Counted from the stretch's first letter, positions 38,201-52,109 are shown. The stretch is 64,000 nt of DNA from Octopus sinensis (GCF_006345805.1 NC_042997.1:145576001-145640000), one strand, 5' to 3'. Numbers and translations: made by a program. Notes: a model not told the origin generated them from the letters alone.

Positions 38201-38465
38201 GACATACACACACACACAAACACACACAGATACACACACACACACATACTCACACACAGACACACACACCCATGCAAGTATATATGCATGTTATGCATAA
38301 ATATATATATATTTATATATTTTTTTATGTCTTTACATGTATATTCATGTATATAGGCGCAGGAATAGCTGTGTGGTAAGTAGCTTGCTTACCAACCACA
38401 TGGTGGTGCTCCAGCATGGCCGCAATCAAATGACTGAAACAAATAAAATAAAAAAATAAAAAAAA

Positions 38466-38517
<52 letters not shown>

Positions 38518-38630
38518 ATATATATTCGTATGTGAATGTGTGTCTGAATGTATATATGTTTGTGTGTATATATACGCTTACATATATGTATATATATACA
38601 TATATATCGATTCATATATTCATATAGTGT

Positions 38631-38661
<31 letters not shown>

Positions 38662-39129
38662 CGTTCGTATGCGCGCGGGTGTATATATGTATGTATGTAT
38701 GTATGGATGGATGGATGGATGAATGAATGGATGAACGTATTCAAAGTTGATGAATCACGACTCTAACGCTGTTCAGGTATTATTGTTACTCGTGATCCTT
38801 AATGTATCGCCCAAAGGATCTTCGCAAACAACTCATAGTATAATTATCAGCTTCAAGGGAATAAACTCTACTGCGTGTTGTGAGTACACTTTACCCGTTT
38901 CCATATTATGTTCCATGCTACATCACACACACACGCGCGCGCGCGTGCATGTACAGACATAACTGCTTGTGTTTATGTCAAGTTATAATATATTAAAGCA
39001 AATCAACATTAAGTTGAAAAATTACTCAATACTTTTTTGCTTTAGTACATGTTAATTTAGCTTTCGCAAGAAGGTAGATGTGTGACTGTGACTTCGAAGT
39101 TTCAGCGCGTTAGTGCTTTTATTGCATCG

Positions 39130-39161
<32 letters not shown>

Positions 39162-39183
39162 CATAGATACATACATACATACA

Positions 39184-39727
39184 TGGTAGCTGCCCCCTCG
39201 TTATCGAGTATGGCCATTGCACGAAGCTTAATCAATGTTGGTATCGTGCAATGCCTGTGCAAGAAGATTTTTTTTAAAGTGAGGAAAGGCTGTGCACTAA
39301 GTCAATCCCACTCACTAAGCAACAGCAGTCATAATCCGAAAAGAAGAACAAGTCAACATCATCGGTAACCACTGAGCCGCAGGTTTTATGTCGGAGTTAT
39401 TCCAGTTACCTGAGTTACCTTCTCCTAGAAGGATGCCCTTAGAGTCCTTCACTCCCAATGGTTTTACCGCGCGATCGGGTATTCAGTCCGATTATTTCTA
39501 TGTCCCCGCGGATGATACATCCTTAAGACATTTATCGGATGGCCATTGACTCTCAAGAGTTCCTCCGCTCTTTGACGGGTTTTGTTTTTCATCCCGCAGG
39601 GTGTCCAATAAACACCCTCCTCACCAAGCAAGCTTGGTGGGGTTGCCGGTTTAGTCGCCGACGACCCGACCATGCAACAGGTTATTACTGGGTTACATGT
39701 TACCAGTAGCACTCGAAAGTGACCTGA
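39184..39727 (-). mobile_element. GC-rich structured repeat, probably an RTE-type LINE 5' region or derived non-autonomous element, inserted in (TACA)n
   Basis: Flanked on both sides by (TACA)n; GC-rich relative to the window; several hairpins; minus-strand ctaggagaagg...aaaacctgcgg resembles RTE 5' UTRs (from memory). Confidence 0.4.
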
Positions 39728-40844
39728 CATACATACATACATACATATATACACACACATATATACATACACGCACAGACATATAATTGATGAAGGAAAC
39801 GGAAGATGGATTTAGTACGACGATCGTTTCGACCCATCCTGCATCTGTCCCTTATGGCTAGGATATTGTGCATCTAGTTGTGTTGCCTGAATCCGTTCAG
39901 GTTGTGTTACTTCAGGTGTTTAGTGTAGAAAAAGACATTCCACTAAATATACTGAATTCTTCTCGGCATGCTGTTCTTGCTCATTGTACGTGGGTCCACT
40001 ATAAGTGTGTGTGTGTATGTGTGTGTACAGATGCGTTTTCGTGGTATAACTAAGCCTCATTTTTTCTTGTTTAATTAATTTTCATAGGCAGATATTGCCT
40101 CCCACCAGGCACGCTTGCATATTAACGTCTCTGTTTCCTTCGTGCATATTTGAATGACTACATCATCAAGGTTCCCTCTGCTTTAGTTGATGCTATTCTA
40201 TGGTCCTCAAAGTTAACACTAAGACCCAAAGTAAGTACTATAGCCACCAAGTTAGTTGATAGACGGGAACATTCTACGTCGGCCTCTTCTGCTAAGCTGT
40301 TCGACGCGGTTGTGAACTCCTTATCATCAGTGTTGGAGGAATACCAAGTTTACGAATCAAGGCATGCAGAGGAGAGTAAAAGTCTTATCACCTACATCTT
40401 CCGTTTTAATCGATGACCAGCAGCTCTACTCAGGTAATTATCACTGCAGTTAAAGACCGCTGGTGATAATATTCTTACGGTATATGAGAATAGAGTTTGA
40501 ACATGATGTGTGTTGATATTTAATAGTCACTCGAGGAAATATTATTGACCAAACGAAGAATATTACTATCAGTAGCTTATTTATCTCCCTCATTTCTTGT
40601 ATCTATATGCTACAAGTCTATATGATTGATGTGAGTATTACATAATTTGGTGCTGTGAGTAAAGTTAGGGTGACAAATGGATACTTGAAGCTGTCTGCAC
40701 TCAATAAAACTATATTTTCCATATCGTTGTTTTCGTGTCAGTGCCAGGACAAACATTTGTGGTAGAAGGCTGAACCCATGAAGAGACACCTGCAATCTGA
40801 CATTCAAGACTAGAAAGATATTGATTTTAAAATTTGGCACTAAG

Positions 40845-41040
40845 CTGGCAAGCTCGTGGGGAAGGGATTAAGCCGATTACACCGACCCCAGTGCGCAATT
40901 GGTACGTATTTTATCGACCTCGAAAGGATAAAAGGCAAAGTCAATCTCGGTGGAATTTGAAATCAGAACGTAAAGACGGACGAAATACCGCTAAGCACTT
41001 TGCCCGCCGTGCTAACGATTCTACCAGCTTGTCGCCGTCA
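40845..41040 (-). mobile_element. SINE family B
   Basis: ccgattacaccgaccccagtgcg...ggtggaatttgaaatcagaacgtaaagacggacgaaataccgctaagc. Confidence 0.85.
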
Positions 41041-41589
41041 AACTAGAAAGATATTAACTATCACAAGTAACTTTCTTATGAACGGAGATTGAGTAGATCT
41101 ACGTAGATACAGAAGAATGGAAACAGAGCCATAAGGTTGGTCATTAGGCCATCGTTTTAGGCAGACACGCTGAAGAGTAAAGGGGGAAAAATGAATAGAT
41201 CATAATTTTATTCAACAGTGAAAATAAAAATACTGAAAATGGGCAAAACACTCCTGAATAATACGGGGTGACAGCGCTAAGCAGTGGTGTGTATAAATAC
41301 AAACTTGTTAGCAGTTCAAATATGTTTGGGGCATATTCGAATACATAAGGGAGCCATTCTCTGTGTTTTATCACGGAGAAATGTTTCTTGTTGTAAGCAA
41401 ATAGACGTAAATACACTGAATCAGCTCACAACGCCACCTGACCAGACAATAGGATACATTCATTCGGAGTGGTTATCTCCTCTTCAACCACAGAAACTGA
41501 ACAGGAAGTCACTGTATTCCGAGTGGAGACATTTTTATGTGAGACCAGAGTATCTGGACTAATTTACTTAAACAGAAACTTGGGGAGGG

Positions 41590-41990
41590 TACGAAACACT
41601 CATCATGTCAGCAGGAAGTTATGCAAGGATATATAGCTAGCAAAAGGATACCGGCAACATTGATAAAAAGATTAACCGCTCCTGTATTTGTGATAGATAA
41701 ATCACGCCCCGCCTAGGAGGACAATTCTTCGTTACACAGGAACAGGAGATAGCTGCTAAATACTCGATCAATTAAGGAGATAAGATTGCCTTGAAATATA
41801 AATATGATAGAAAATGCCGATTGTATCGTACCACTGTGGAAGATATCACGTACATCACCAGTCGCCGTTTAAAAATGCTCACTAGACGTTATCTTCTTAA
41901 GAGATTTCACATTGTTTCTCAAACTAGTCAGAATGCATTCCGGAGAAAATTGTCCAGACAGTTATGCAAAAACCTCATCAGAACCTAGAT
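41590..41990 (+). pseudogene. R4/Dong-type retrotransposon fragment (same family as 52110-52900)
   Basis: VTQEQEIAAKY...YDRKCRLYRTTVEDITYITSR.LKML.RRYLL matches the AIQEQEI..KYL...CRLC...EDI.HII..CPKMS.RYYLP pattern. Confidence 0.75.
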
Positions 41991-42194
41991 ATATCCAGGC
42001 CTTTAAAAGTAGTGAACACTGGCAAATCATTCGAAAAAAGAAAAAAAACTGGAATATGGTGAAAACACGAAGGACCTGATATTGATCTACTGGACGGGGA
42101 ACAAAAATTATGTCCAAGCGCAGCGATCAGCTGCACAGCAGATATGCTTGCTTCGTCTAAGATTGTGAAAAGAGAGTAGATCTATTTATAAAGG

Positions 42195-42969
42195 ACTAAC
42201 AGTATCGCCCGGCGTGCTCGGGTTTGTTTCGTCCCTTTAGAATTGGAATTTTTGAAAAGTAAAACATTTGCATTATGTAGCTTGTTATTCTCTTTAAGTG
42301 AACATTTTTCTGGTTGAAATACACCGAAAAATGGCGACATAGCAGTAAAAAAATCGTTAAAAATAGGGATTTTCATAGAAAAAAAAAGCACCTTTTTGAT
42401 ATAAATAATTTTTGGTGTTAACATGGTCCGATTTGAATGTTTTCTTCTACAGAAGGAAGAGCAAGCCTTCTTCTATCATACTCTCAATTTTGGTCAACTT
42501 GCGCCGCAGGGTCTCGGAGGAGATAGTATTGGTTGAAGGCTGCCAAACCTGCCATACACAGACAACTTCAGCTTTATAGAGAGACTAGCAGTATCGCCCG
42601 GCGTTGCTCAGGTTTGTAAGGGAAATAACTATAAAGCATTTTTAGAGAGTTATAGCTAAAAAATAGCAAAAAAATGGAAAAAAATGATGGTAAGTTTTTT
42701 TTGAGATTAAAAAAAGGTGGAGTTGCGTCCCCTAGACAGTTTGTGGTTCCTGTTTCTGATTCTCGACCCCATGTCGAATTTATTGATTTTTTTCAGAACT
42801 GGGGAAACTTTTCAAAATTTTCGCTGCGTTAGTTTTGAATTATGACATTGGGCTATGTGTGTGTCAAGTTTCATCAGAATCGGTTGAAAGCCGTGGTCAG
42901 GGTGAGGGTACAAGCAAACAGACACACAGAAACACGCACAGACAAACTGCCGTTTATATAGAGAAAGAT
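42195..42969 (+). mobile_element. Two abutting non-autonomous Helitron/Helentron-like elements
   Basis: Both start acta(a/g)cagtatcgcccggcgt(t)gctc (42195 and 42584) and end acagac...tttata(ta)gagag(aaagat); no TIRs or TSD. Confidence 0.7.
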
Positions 42970-43350
42970 TTATAACTCTGGTATCTAAGTTGTAGACTCT
43001 CATTTTTACGTATTACGATATGCAGTGTGAATTATTTCATAACAGATTTAATTAGAGGCTGGAAATGCTGGGATTTTCCAAGAACAAACAAAAAAAAAAA
43101 AAAAAGAAAAATAACTTGCGGCATCCAAATCCAATCGATTCCTATCACAACGAATATTTGTAGAAGACTCAAAATATTCATCATTGGATTTTTCTTAAAT
43201 GATCATGCGCAGTCACATAGATACATATAGCAAACGCAAATATTAAATGTAATTACGCAGTCTGGAACGAAAAAGACATATGCTTATTAAATAAGGACAA
43301 GAATATTTACACGCACACACACACACACACACGCACACACGCACACCGCA

Positions 43351-43403
<53 letters not shown>

Positions 43404-43589
43404 TTAACACACATATTCACGAATTAGAGGAGGTTCTTGACTCAAACGAAACAAAAAAACGCAGTCACCTTGTTAGCGACTTCAATTCTACGAAGAGCAA
43501 TTTAAACGACGTAGAAAAACATATACCATATGTATATAAATACGTACACCGTATATCCAAACATATACATATCCGTATATATATATACT

Positions 43590-43812
43590 CTTTTACTCTT
43601 TTACTTGTTTCAGTCATTTGGCTGTGGCCATGCTGGAGCACCGCCTTTAGTCGAGCAAATCGACTCCAGGACTTATTCTTTGCAAGCCTAGTACTTATTC
43701 TATCGGTCTCTTTTGCCGAACCACTAAGTTACGGGGAGGTAAACACACCAGCATCGGTTGTCAAGCGATGTTGGCGGGGGGACAAACACGGAACACACAT
43801 ATACACACACAC

Positions 43813-43860
<48 letters not shown>

Positions 43861-44015
43861 GACGGGCTTCTTTCAGTTTCCGTCTACCAAATCCACTCAC
43901 AAGGCTTTGGTCGGCCCGAGGCTATAGTAGAAGACACTCGGCCCAAGGTGCCACGCAGTGGGACTGAACCCGGAAGCATGTGGTTCCTAAGCAAGTTACT
44001 TACCACAAAGCCACT
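43590..44015 (-). mobile_element. SINE family A, near full length
   Basis: Close match to consensus from tactcttttacttgtttcagtc to accacaaagccactc. Confidence 0.92.
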
Positions 44016-44778
44016 CATACGCTTTTATATACACAAACATACATATGTACATATGCATATGTAATTGATATATACATATTTATATATGTTACATGTATGT
44101 ACATGCATATATATATATACACACACACATATATGTATATGTAAATACAATATGTATATTTATCAATCTGTGTATCTACACATACACACACACATGCTTA
44201 TCTAATGCTACGTGTACCGTTATATGTGGCATTGCCTGGTGGTAGAGACTATCGATCTGTAACCATGTTTTCTGAGGTCCATTACACTGCGAGGCAAATG
44301 ACATTTTTTGGCAACATGGGCTTGACCAATTCCTAGTCGGTCGAATTTTGGAAGATTGGTTCATGGAAATGGTAAGGAAGTTCTCTAGACGAACCACTCC
44401 AGTGGGATAGATTGAACTGCGGAGAAGGTAAAGTCAAACGACCTCTGCATCGAGCGAAATAAAGATGGCTGATATTACACAAGGTCACTAGATATCAAAA
44501 TAATAATTCGATGGCGTTTCTTTTATAATGTTATATGTGTATGTGTGTGTGTGCTATATTTTATTAGACTGTGATTGTTTACTGAAATAGTTTTACAAAC
44601 TCTATAAGAAACATCGGCTAGATTATATCCATCCACCCGCCTCTTTCTCGCTCTCTCTCTATCTATCTATCTGTCTGTCTATCTGCCTGCTTCTCTATAT
44701 GTGTATGTATGTATGTATGCATGTATGTGTCTATTTTTGTATGTGTATATCTTCTAGCGTGTACTGTATCAAAAATTA

Positions 44779-45013
44779 CCTATTTCTTTACTACTCAAAA
44801 GGGGCTAAACACAGAGAAGACAAACAAGGAGAGACAAACGGATTAAGTCGATTATATCAACCCCAGTGCGCAACTGGTACTTAATTTATCGACCCCGAAA
44901 GGATGAAAGACAAAGTCGACCTCGGCGGGATTTGAACTCAGAACGTAACGGCAGACGAAATATGGCTACGCATTTCGCCCGGCGTGCTAACGATTCTGCC
45001 AGCTCGCCGCCTT
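44779..45013 (-). mobile_element. Full-length SINE family B with 17-bp target-site duplication
   Basis: tactgtatcaaaaatta at 44762-44778 and 45016-45032. Confidence 0.92.
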
Positions 45014-45294
45014 ATTACTGTATCAAAAATTAAATCCTTTTCTGCCATATGCACAAGGCCTGAAATTCTGGAGAAAGAGGATAGCCGATAACATCGACTC
45101 CAGTACTCAACTGGTACTCATTTGATCGACCTGACAGGACAAAGGCAAATTCGACGCGGGCGAATATTTGTAGAAGACTCAAAATATTCATCATTGGATT
45201 TTTCTTAAATGATCATGCGCAGTCACATAGATACACGAGCGTGTTTCTGTGTAGAAAAGCTATGTATGTATATATATATATATATATACTCTTA

Positions 45295-45504
45295 CTCTTT
45301 TTCCTCATTTATTTGTTTCAGTCATTTGACTGCGGCATGCTGGAGCACCGTCTTTAGTCGAGCAAATCAACCCCAGGACTTATTCTTTGTAAGCCGTGTA
45401 CTTATTCTATCGGTCTCTTTTGCCGAACCGCTAAGTTACGGGAATGTAAACACACCAGCATCGGTTATCAAGCGATGTGGGGGGGGGGCAAACACAAACA
45501 CATA

Positions 45505-45551
<47 letters not shown>

Positions 45552-45720
45552 ATAAACATATATATACGACGGTCTTCTTTCAGTTTCCGTCTACCAAATC
45601 CACTCACAAGGCTTTGGTCGGCCCGAGGCTATAGTAGAAGACACTTGCCCAAGGTGTCACGTAGTAGGACTGAACCCGAAACCATGTAGTTGGTAAGCAA
45701 GCTACTTACCACATATCCAC

Positions 45721-45760
<40 letters not shown>

Positions 45761-46170
45761 TTTGTATGTATCTTTTAAACCTTTACATGTTTTCGTCATA
45801 AGACTGAGGCCATACTACAGCACCGGCTCCAAGAATGTTTAGTCGAAAGAATCACCCCAGTATATTTTTAACGCCTATCGATCGCTTTTGCCGAACCGTA
45901 AACTCACCAACACCAGTTGTGAGATGGTTGTGGGAAACAAATACAGACACACTGACACACACACACATACACACACACAAACATTCGCACGCATACACAC
46001 AGACGCACACATACACATGCACACACGTACGATGGGCTTCTTTCAGTTTCCGCGAAACACACCCATTCACGAGGCTATAGCAGAAGACACTCAAGGAACT
46101 ATGCTGTGGGAGTAAACCCAGAATCATGTGGTTGGGAAGCAAGCTTCTTACCTCAGGGCCAAGCCTGCGC
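45295..46170 (-). mobile_element. Two consecutive SINE family A copies (45295-45715, 45790-46170)
   Basis: Consensus tail-to-head matches; the second copy is more diverged. Confidence 0.85.
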
Positions 46171-46238
46171 TTATATGTGTATATACACACACACACACAG
46201 ACACACACAAGCACACACACACACGCACACCACACACG

Positions 46239-46314
<76 letters not shown>

Positions 46315-47209
46315 CAGAGGCGCTTATGTAAGGTCTCCAAGACAAATTTGAGAAGGTGAAATGAGAATGGTTCCCGGGAGCAGAAGACCTTCGAAATTTC
46401 GGTGCTGAGAGTTAATTATTTTTTTTCTTATGGGAGAACCTTGGTTGATATCAGTGGAACCTTCTTCGCCCTCCGGCTTCAAGCCGATGTATCGACCGAA
46501 CATTCACTCGCTTAAGTCTGTTATGTATGTATGTATGTATGTATGTATGTATGTATGTATGTATGTATGTATGTATGTATGTATGTATGTATGTATGTAT
46601 GTATTTATGTGTGTATATATGTATGTATGTATGAATGTGTGTGTATATATGTATGTATGTACGACCGTATGTGTGTGTATGCATGTATGAGCATATGGTA
46701 TGTGTGTATGTATGTATGTATGTATGTATGTGTGTATGTATTTATGTGTGTATATATGTATGTATGTATGTATGTATGAATGTGTGTGTATATATGTATG
46801 TATGTATGTACGACCGTATGTGTGTGTATGCATGTATGAGCATATGGTATGTGTGTATGTATGTATGTATGTATGTATGTATGTAGGTAGGTATGTACGA
46901 ACGTGTGTATATATGTATGAATATATGTACGAATGTATGTATGTATGTATATATGTACGAACGTATGTATGTATATGTATTTACAAATGTATGCATGTGT
47001 GTATGTATGAGTGTGTGTGTGCGTGTGTGTATATGTATACATGTATGTATTGCGTCTGCATATGCGTGAATAGTTTTTCCGTTTCTGTCTTCGGACATTC
47101 ATCTATAGTCGATAATAAACGCCGAATAAGCAGTGATGTATGTGTAAACATGCATGCACAAATGTACGTATGTATGAATGTATAAATGCATGCATATATG
47201 TACGTATAA

Positions 47210-47256
<47 letters not shown>

Positions 47257-47369
47257 CACACACACACACACACGCACACACACATATACGCATATATGCC
47301 CGAATACATGTGTGAGTGCGTATGTATAATGTTTGTACGTCTCATGTTATACATATATGTACTAGTTAA

Positions 47370-47642
47370 GAAGAGTGGTCCCGGTGCGCGCACTCGCGTA
47401 CTCGCGCATCCGCGCTAGCTAGTCGTGAATAGTCGATCCTACAATGACTACCTAGCAAAGTAAATAAAACACGAAATAAATAAATTTTTTTTACGCAAAG
47501 TAAAAAATTTTTTTTAAACAAAGTAAATAACACAAAAATACAAAGTAAGGGTCGACTTGTCACGACTAGCTAGCGCGGAAGCGTGAGCACGCGAGTGCGA
47601 CACCGGTTAAGTAGTACCACATATATATATGTACCACTCTTC
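47370..47642. mobile_element. CpG-rich MITE with long TIRs and TTAA flanks (Kolobok-like)
   Basis: ttaa|gaagagtggt ... accactcttc|ttaa; a ~60-bp inverted repeat ccggtgcgcgcactcgcg...agtcgatcct (47381-47440) vs agggtcgact...cgagtgcgacaccgg (47548-47606). Confidence 0.75.
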
Positions 47643-47653
47643 TTAAGTAGTAC

Positions 47654-47698
<45 letters not shown>

Positions 47699-47858
47699 GT
47701 ATGTATATGTATAATAAACCGGCAAATATAATGATAAATAAAGAATCGGCGAAACCAGGGAGAGGTGTATATATTTTGGTAGAAAGAGAATATATGAATG
47801 CTCGTCGGACGCACCGGCTGAATTTAATCTTTTGGATAGACTGAATTCAGGGTTAAGC

Positions 47859-47893
<35 letters not shown>

Positions 47894-47926
47894 CTTACAT
47901 ATAACTACATATACATATATACATAC

Positions 47927-47978
<52 letters not shown>

Positions 47979-48235
47979 ATGCATGACTGTAATGGTTCGT
48001 TTGTTTATCCGTAGGTTTGTTTTTATGCAGGTAATTGACGTTCAGATTTCTACAAACACAAATACAAACCTTGAATCGATATAAACAAGCACGTATGTAT
48101 GAGCGTATGTATGTATGTATGTATGTATGTATGTATGTATGTATGTATGCATGTATGTATGTATGTATGTATGTAGGTGTGTATGTATGTATGTATGTAT
48201 GTATGTATGTATGTATGTATGTATGTATGTATGTA

Positions 48236-48266
<31 letters not shown>

Positions 48267-48846
48267 ATGTATGTGTGTGTGTATGTATGTATGTATGTAT
48301 GTATGTGTGTGTGTGTGTGTATGTATGCATGTATGTATGTATGTATGTATGTAGGTGTGTATGTATGTATGTATGTATGTATGTATGTATGTGGTGTGTA
48401 TATATGTATGAATGTATGTATGTATGTATGTATGTATGTATGAATGTATGTATGAATGTGTATATAGGTATGTATGTATAATATATATTCATACTTGCCT
48501 CTGTGTGTATTATTCATCTTGTACATCTACTATACTCTGTTACATATACAAATCACATTCGCAAATATCACACACACACACAAATATAAGTATATACATA
48601 CATGTGTATCTGTATTAGTATGCGCGTGTGTACACACACATACACACACACATATATATGCATGTATAAAAGTACGTACATACATACATATTTACATAAT
48701 ACACACACAGACACATACATGTACATATATAAGTATATACATACAAGTGTTTTTGCATTAGTATGCGCGTGTATATCTGTATACATACATATATGTGAGT
48801 GTATGTGTGTATGTATGTATGCATGTATGTATGTATGTATGTGTGT

Positions 48847-48877
<31 letters not shown>

Positions 48878-48880
<3 letters not shown>

Positions 48881-49117
48881 TTTACTCTTTTACTTGTTTC
48901 AGTCATTTGACTGCGGCCATGCTGGAGCACCGCCTTTAGTCGAGCAAATCGACCCCGGGACTTATTCTTTGTAAGCCCAGAACTTATTCTATCGGTCTCT
49001 TTTACGGGGACGTAAACACACCAGCATCGGTTGTCAAGCAATGCTAGGGGACAAACACAGACACACACACACACACACACATAACACACACCACACACAC
49101 ACAATACATATATATAT

Positions 49118-49151
<34 letters not shown>

Positions 49152-49315
49152 CGACAGGCTTCTTTCAGTTTCCGTCTACCAAATCCAGTCACAAAGCATT
49201 GGTCGGCCCGGGGCCATAGCAGAAGACACTTGCCCAAGGTGCCACGCAGTGGGACTGAACCCGGAACCATGTGGTTGGTTAGCAAGCTACTTACCACACA
49301 GCCACTCCTGCGCCT
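48878..49315 (-). mobile_element. SINE family A, full length
   Basis: Near-consensus from tcttttactcttttacttg to cagccactcctgcgcctt. Confidence 0.92.
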
Positions 49316-49533
49316 TACGTTATATCATTAGGGTTCAGTAAAATAATTTACTTTACCACACACCGAACTTTTAGAAATAGCAGCCAAAAAATCTTAGCTA
49401 TTTCTTCTACTATAAGAAATAGCTGAACCCTAATTATATAACATAATGTTTTAAATTTACCGTAAAGGTCTTTTACATACTGAACACTACTGGTAAATTA
49501 ATTAATGATTAATTTATTTTACCCTTTTATTAT

Positions 49534-49611
<78 letters not shown>

Positions 49612-49662
49612 GTACGTACGTACGTATGTATGTATATATGTATGTATGTATGTGTGTGTAGG

Positions 49663-49696
<34 letters not shown>

Positions 49697-49734
49697 TGTA
49701 TGATGTATGTAGTATGTAGGATGTATGTATGTAT

Positions 49735-49837
<103 letters not shown>

Positions 49838-50410
49838 GTATGTGTGTATGCATGTTATGTGGTATGTATGTATGTATGTATGTATGTACGTATACGGAAT
49901 CATGCATGCATGCATAGCGAATGAAAGACGAATGCACCCACGCACGTAATAACATGATTTAATATCTATTTAGCAATGATTTCATATACTCGGGATAAAA
50001 AAAAAAAGGAAAAGAAACCAAAACACGTAGTGATGGTTCTGGGTAGAGGTAGAACGTTGTTAGATGGGATTTGAGTAGAGTGAAAACATATTATCAGGCT
50101 AAATAACTGAAAGGGGTGGTAGCGAGGGGGGTGGGTATAGGTTAGGTAGAGTACTGCAGACTTGTTCTGGGCGATCTTAATTGCCTGCCTGTCAATCAAC
50201 CTGATCGATAATAATGTCTGGGTCATACTGTCCTAAGCTATTTCGCACTTTTACCATAGCCGGCTCTGGTTCTTATACAATACAACTCAGCTAATCTTTC
50301 GCATTTACCATATACGCAAAAATATATATGTACGTAGTACACCGACGCGGATAGATAGATAGATAGATATATCATAGGTGTAGTGAATACATGTATAGAT
50401 ATATACACTC

Positions 50411-50441
<31 letters not shown>

Positions 50442-50444
50442 ATG

Positions 50445-50477
<33 letters not shown>

Positions 50478-50627
50478 GTGTATATGACTATACATGTTTA
50501 TATAAATACTTGTGTGTGTATGTTAATATTATACGAGTGTGTATACATTAATATAATACATACAGACATACATACATACAGGCATACATACATATATATA
50601 TATATATATTTTTTTTTTTTATTGTCC

Positions 50628-50998
50628 ACAAGGGGCTACACATAGAGTGGACAAACAAGGAGAGACAAAGGGATTAAGTCGATTACATCGACCCCAGTGC
50701 GTAACTGGTACTTAATTTATCGACCCCGAAAGCATGAAAGGCAAAGTCGACTTCGGCGGAATTTGAACTCGGAACGTAGCGGTAGACGAAATACCTGTTT
50801 CTTTACTACCCACAAGCGGCCAATCACAGAGGAGACAAACAAGGACAGACAAACGGATTAAGTCAATTTTATTGATCCCAGTGCGTAACTGGTACTTATT
50901 TAATCGACCCCCGAAAGGATGAAAGGCTAAGTCGACCTTGGCGGATTTTGAACTCAGAACGCAGCGACAGACGAAATACCGCTAAGCATTTCGCCCGG

Positions 50999-51000
<2 letters not shown>
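50628..51000 (-). mobile_element. Two head-to-tail SINE family B copies
   Basis: Junction gacgaaatacc|tgtttctttactaccc at 50795/50796. Confidence 0.9.
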
Positions 51001-51095
<95 letters not shown>

Positions 51096-51213
51096 TGTGT
51101 GTGTGTGTGGTGTGTGTGTATTCACATTATGTGTTTACCCGGTGTATATATATTATATATATATATATAATACATATGTGTATGTAAATATAATGTTCAT
51201 ATACATATGTATA

Positions 51214-51279
<66 letters not shown>

Positions 51280-51384
51280 TATATGAATCATATTTGTTTT
51301 AGGTATTTGCGTCTGTCTCTCACACACACACGCACCAAACATACGTAGACACACACACACATACATACATACATAGACACACAT

Positions 51385-51440
<56 letters not shown>

Positions 51441-51834
51441 ACACCGACGCGTAAACGCACATTGTCTATATGATAATGTTTGTAGTAACCATGGTTCCCG
51501 AAATATTCCTAAAAGGTATCGTTCGTCAAACTGTTTCACCGTTTAATGACTTGAAATACATAACCAGCGAATTTTAAAAGACAAATCGCTTCAGGGCGTT
51601 ACGTGGTTCCTGATGTCGAATGTTTATTATTATACACCAGGTGAATCTACCTTAACGATCATGAGAGATTTGCATATGTCACAACATTGAAACAATTTAC
51701 TTATTCTGTTTTGAATTTCAGTCTTCTGTTCAGAATTTACGTGGAGTGTCGCACAATGTGGTATTTCTCTGTAAAACTGACACCGTAATAACTTTAATTT
51801 GTATAATTTTTGTTTCTATTTTATTTATTTATTC

Positions 51835-52055
51835 ATTGCTTACAGGAAGTTAAACATAGAGGGGACAAACAAGGATAGACAAACGGATTAAGTCGATTAC
51901 ACCAACTCCAGTGCGTAACTGGTACTTATTTAATCGACCCCGAAAGGATGAACGGCAAAGTCGACCTCGGCGGAATTTGAATTCAGAACGTAACGGCAGA
52001 CGTAATAGCGCTAAGGATTTTGCCCGGCATGCTAACGTTTTTGCCAGCTCACCGC
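51835..52055 (-). mobile_element. SINE family B
   Basis: Consensus match ending gccagctcaccgct. Confidence 0.85.
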
Positions 52056-52109
52056 TCTTTTTGTTTCTATTTTATAGCTGTGTCAGAGGAGGTCAGCTTT
52101 ATGTTAACA

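Noticed and set aside
39810-39860. Minus-strand GTCGAAACGATCGTC with a palindromic stem III, hammerhead-like
   Set aside because: The upstream core reads CAGATGC rather than CTGAnGA, and no stem I or II partner was found; at best a dead relic.
40150-40416. 88-aa non-repetitive ORF
   Set aside because: TTG start, no recognisable domain or splice context; probably decayed transposon sequence.
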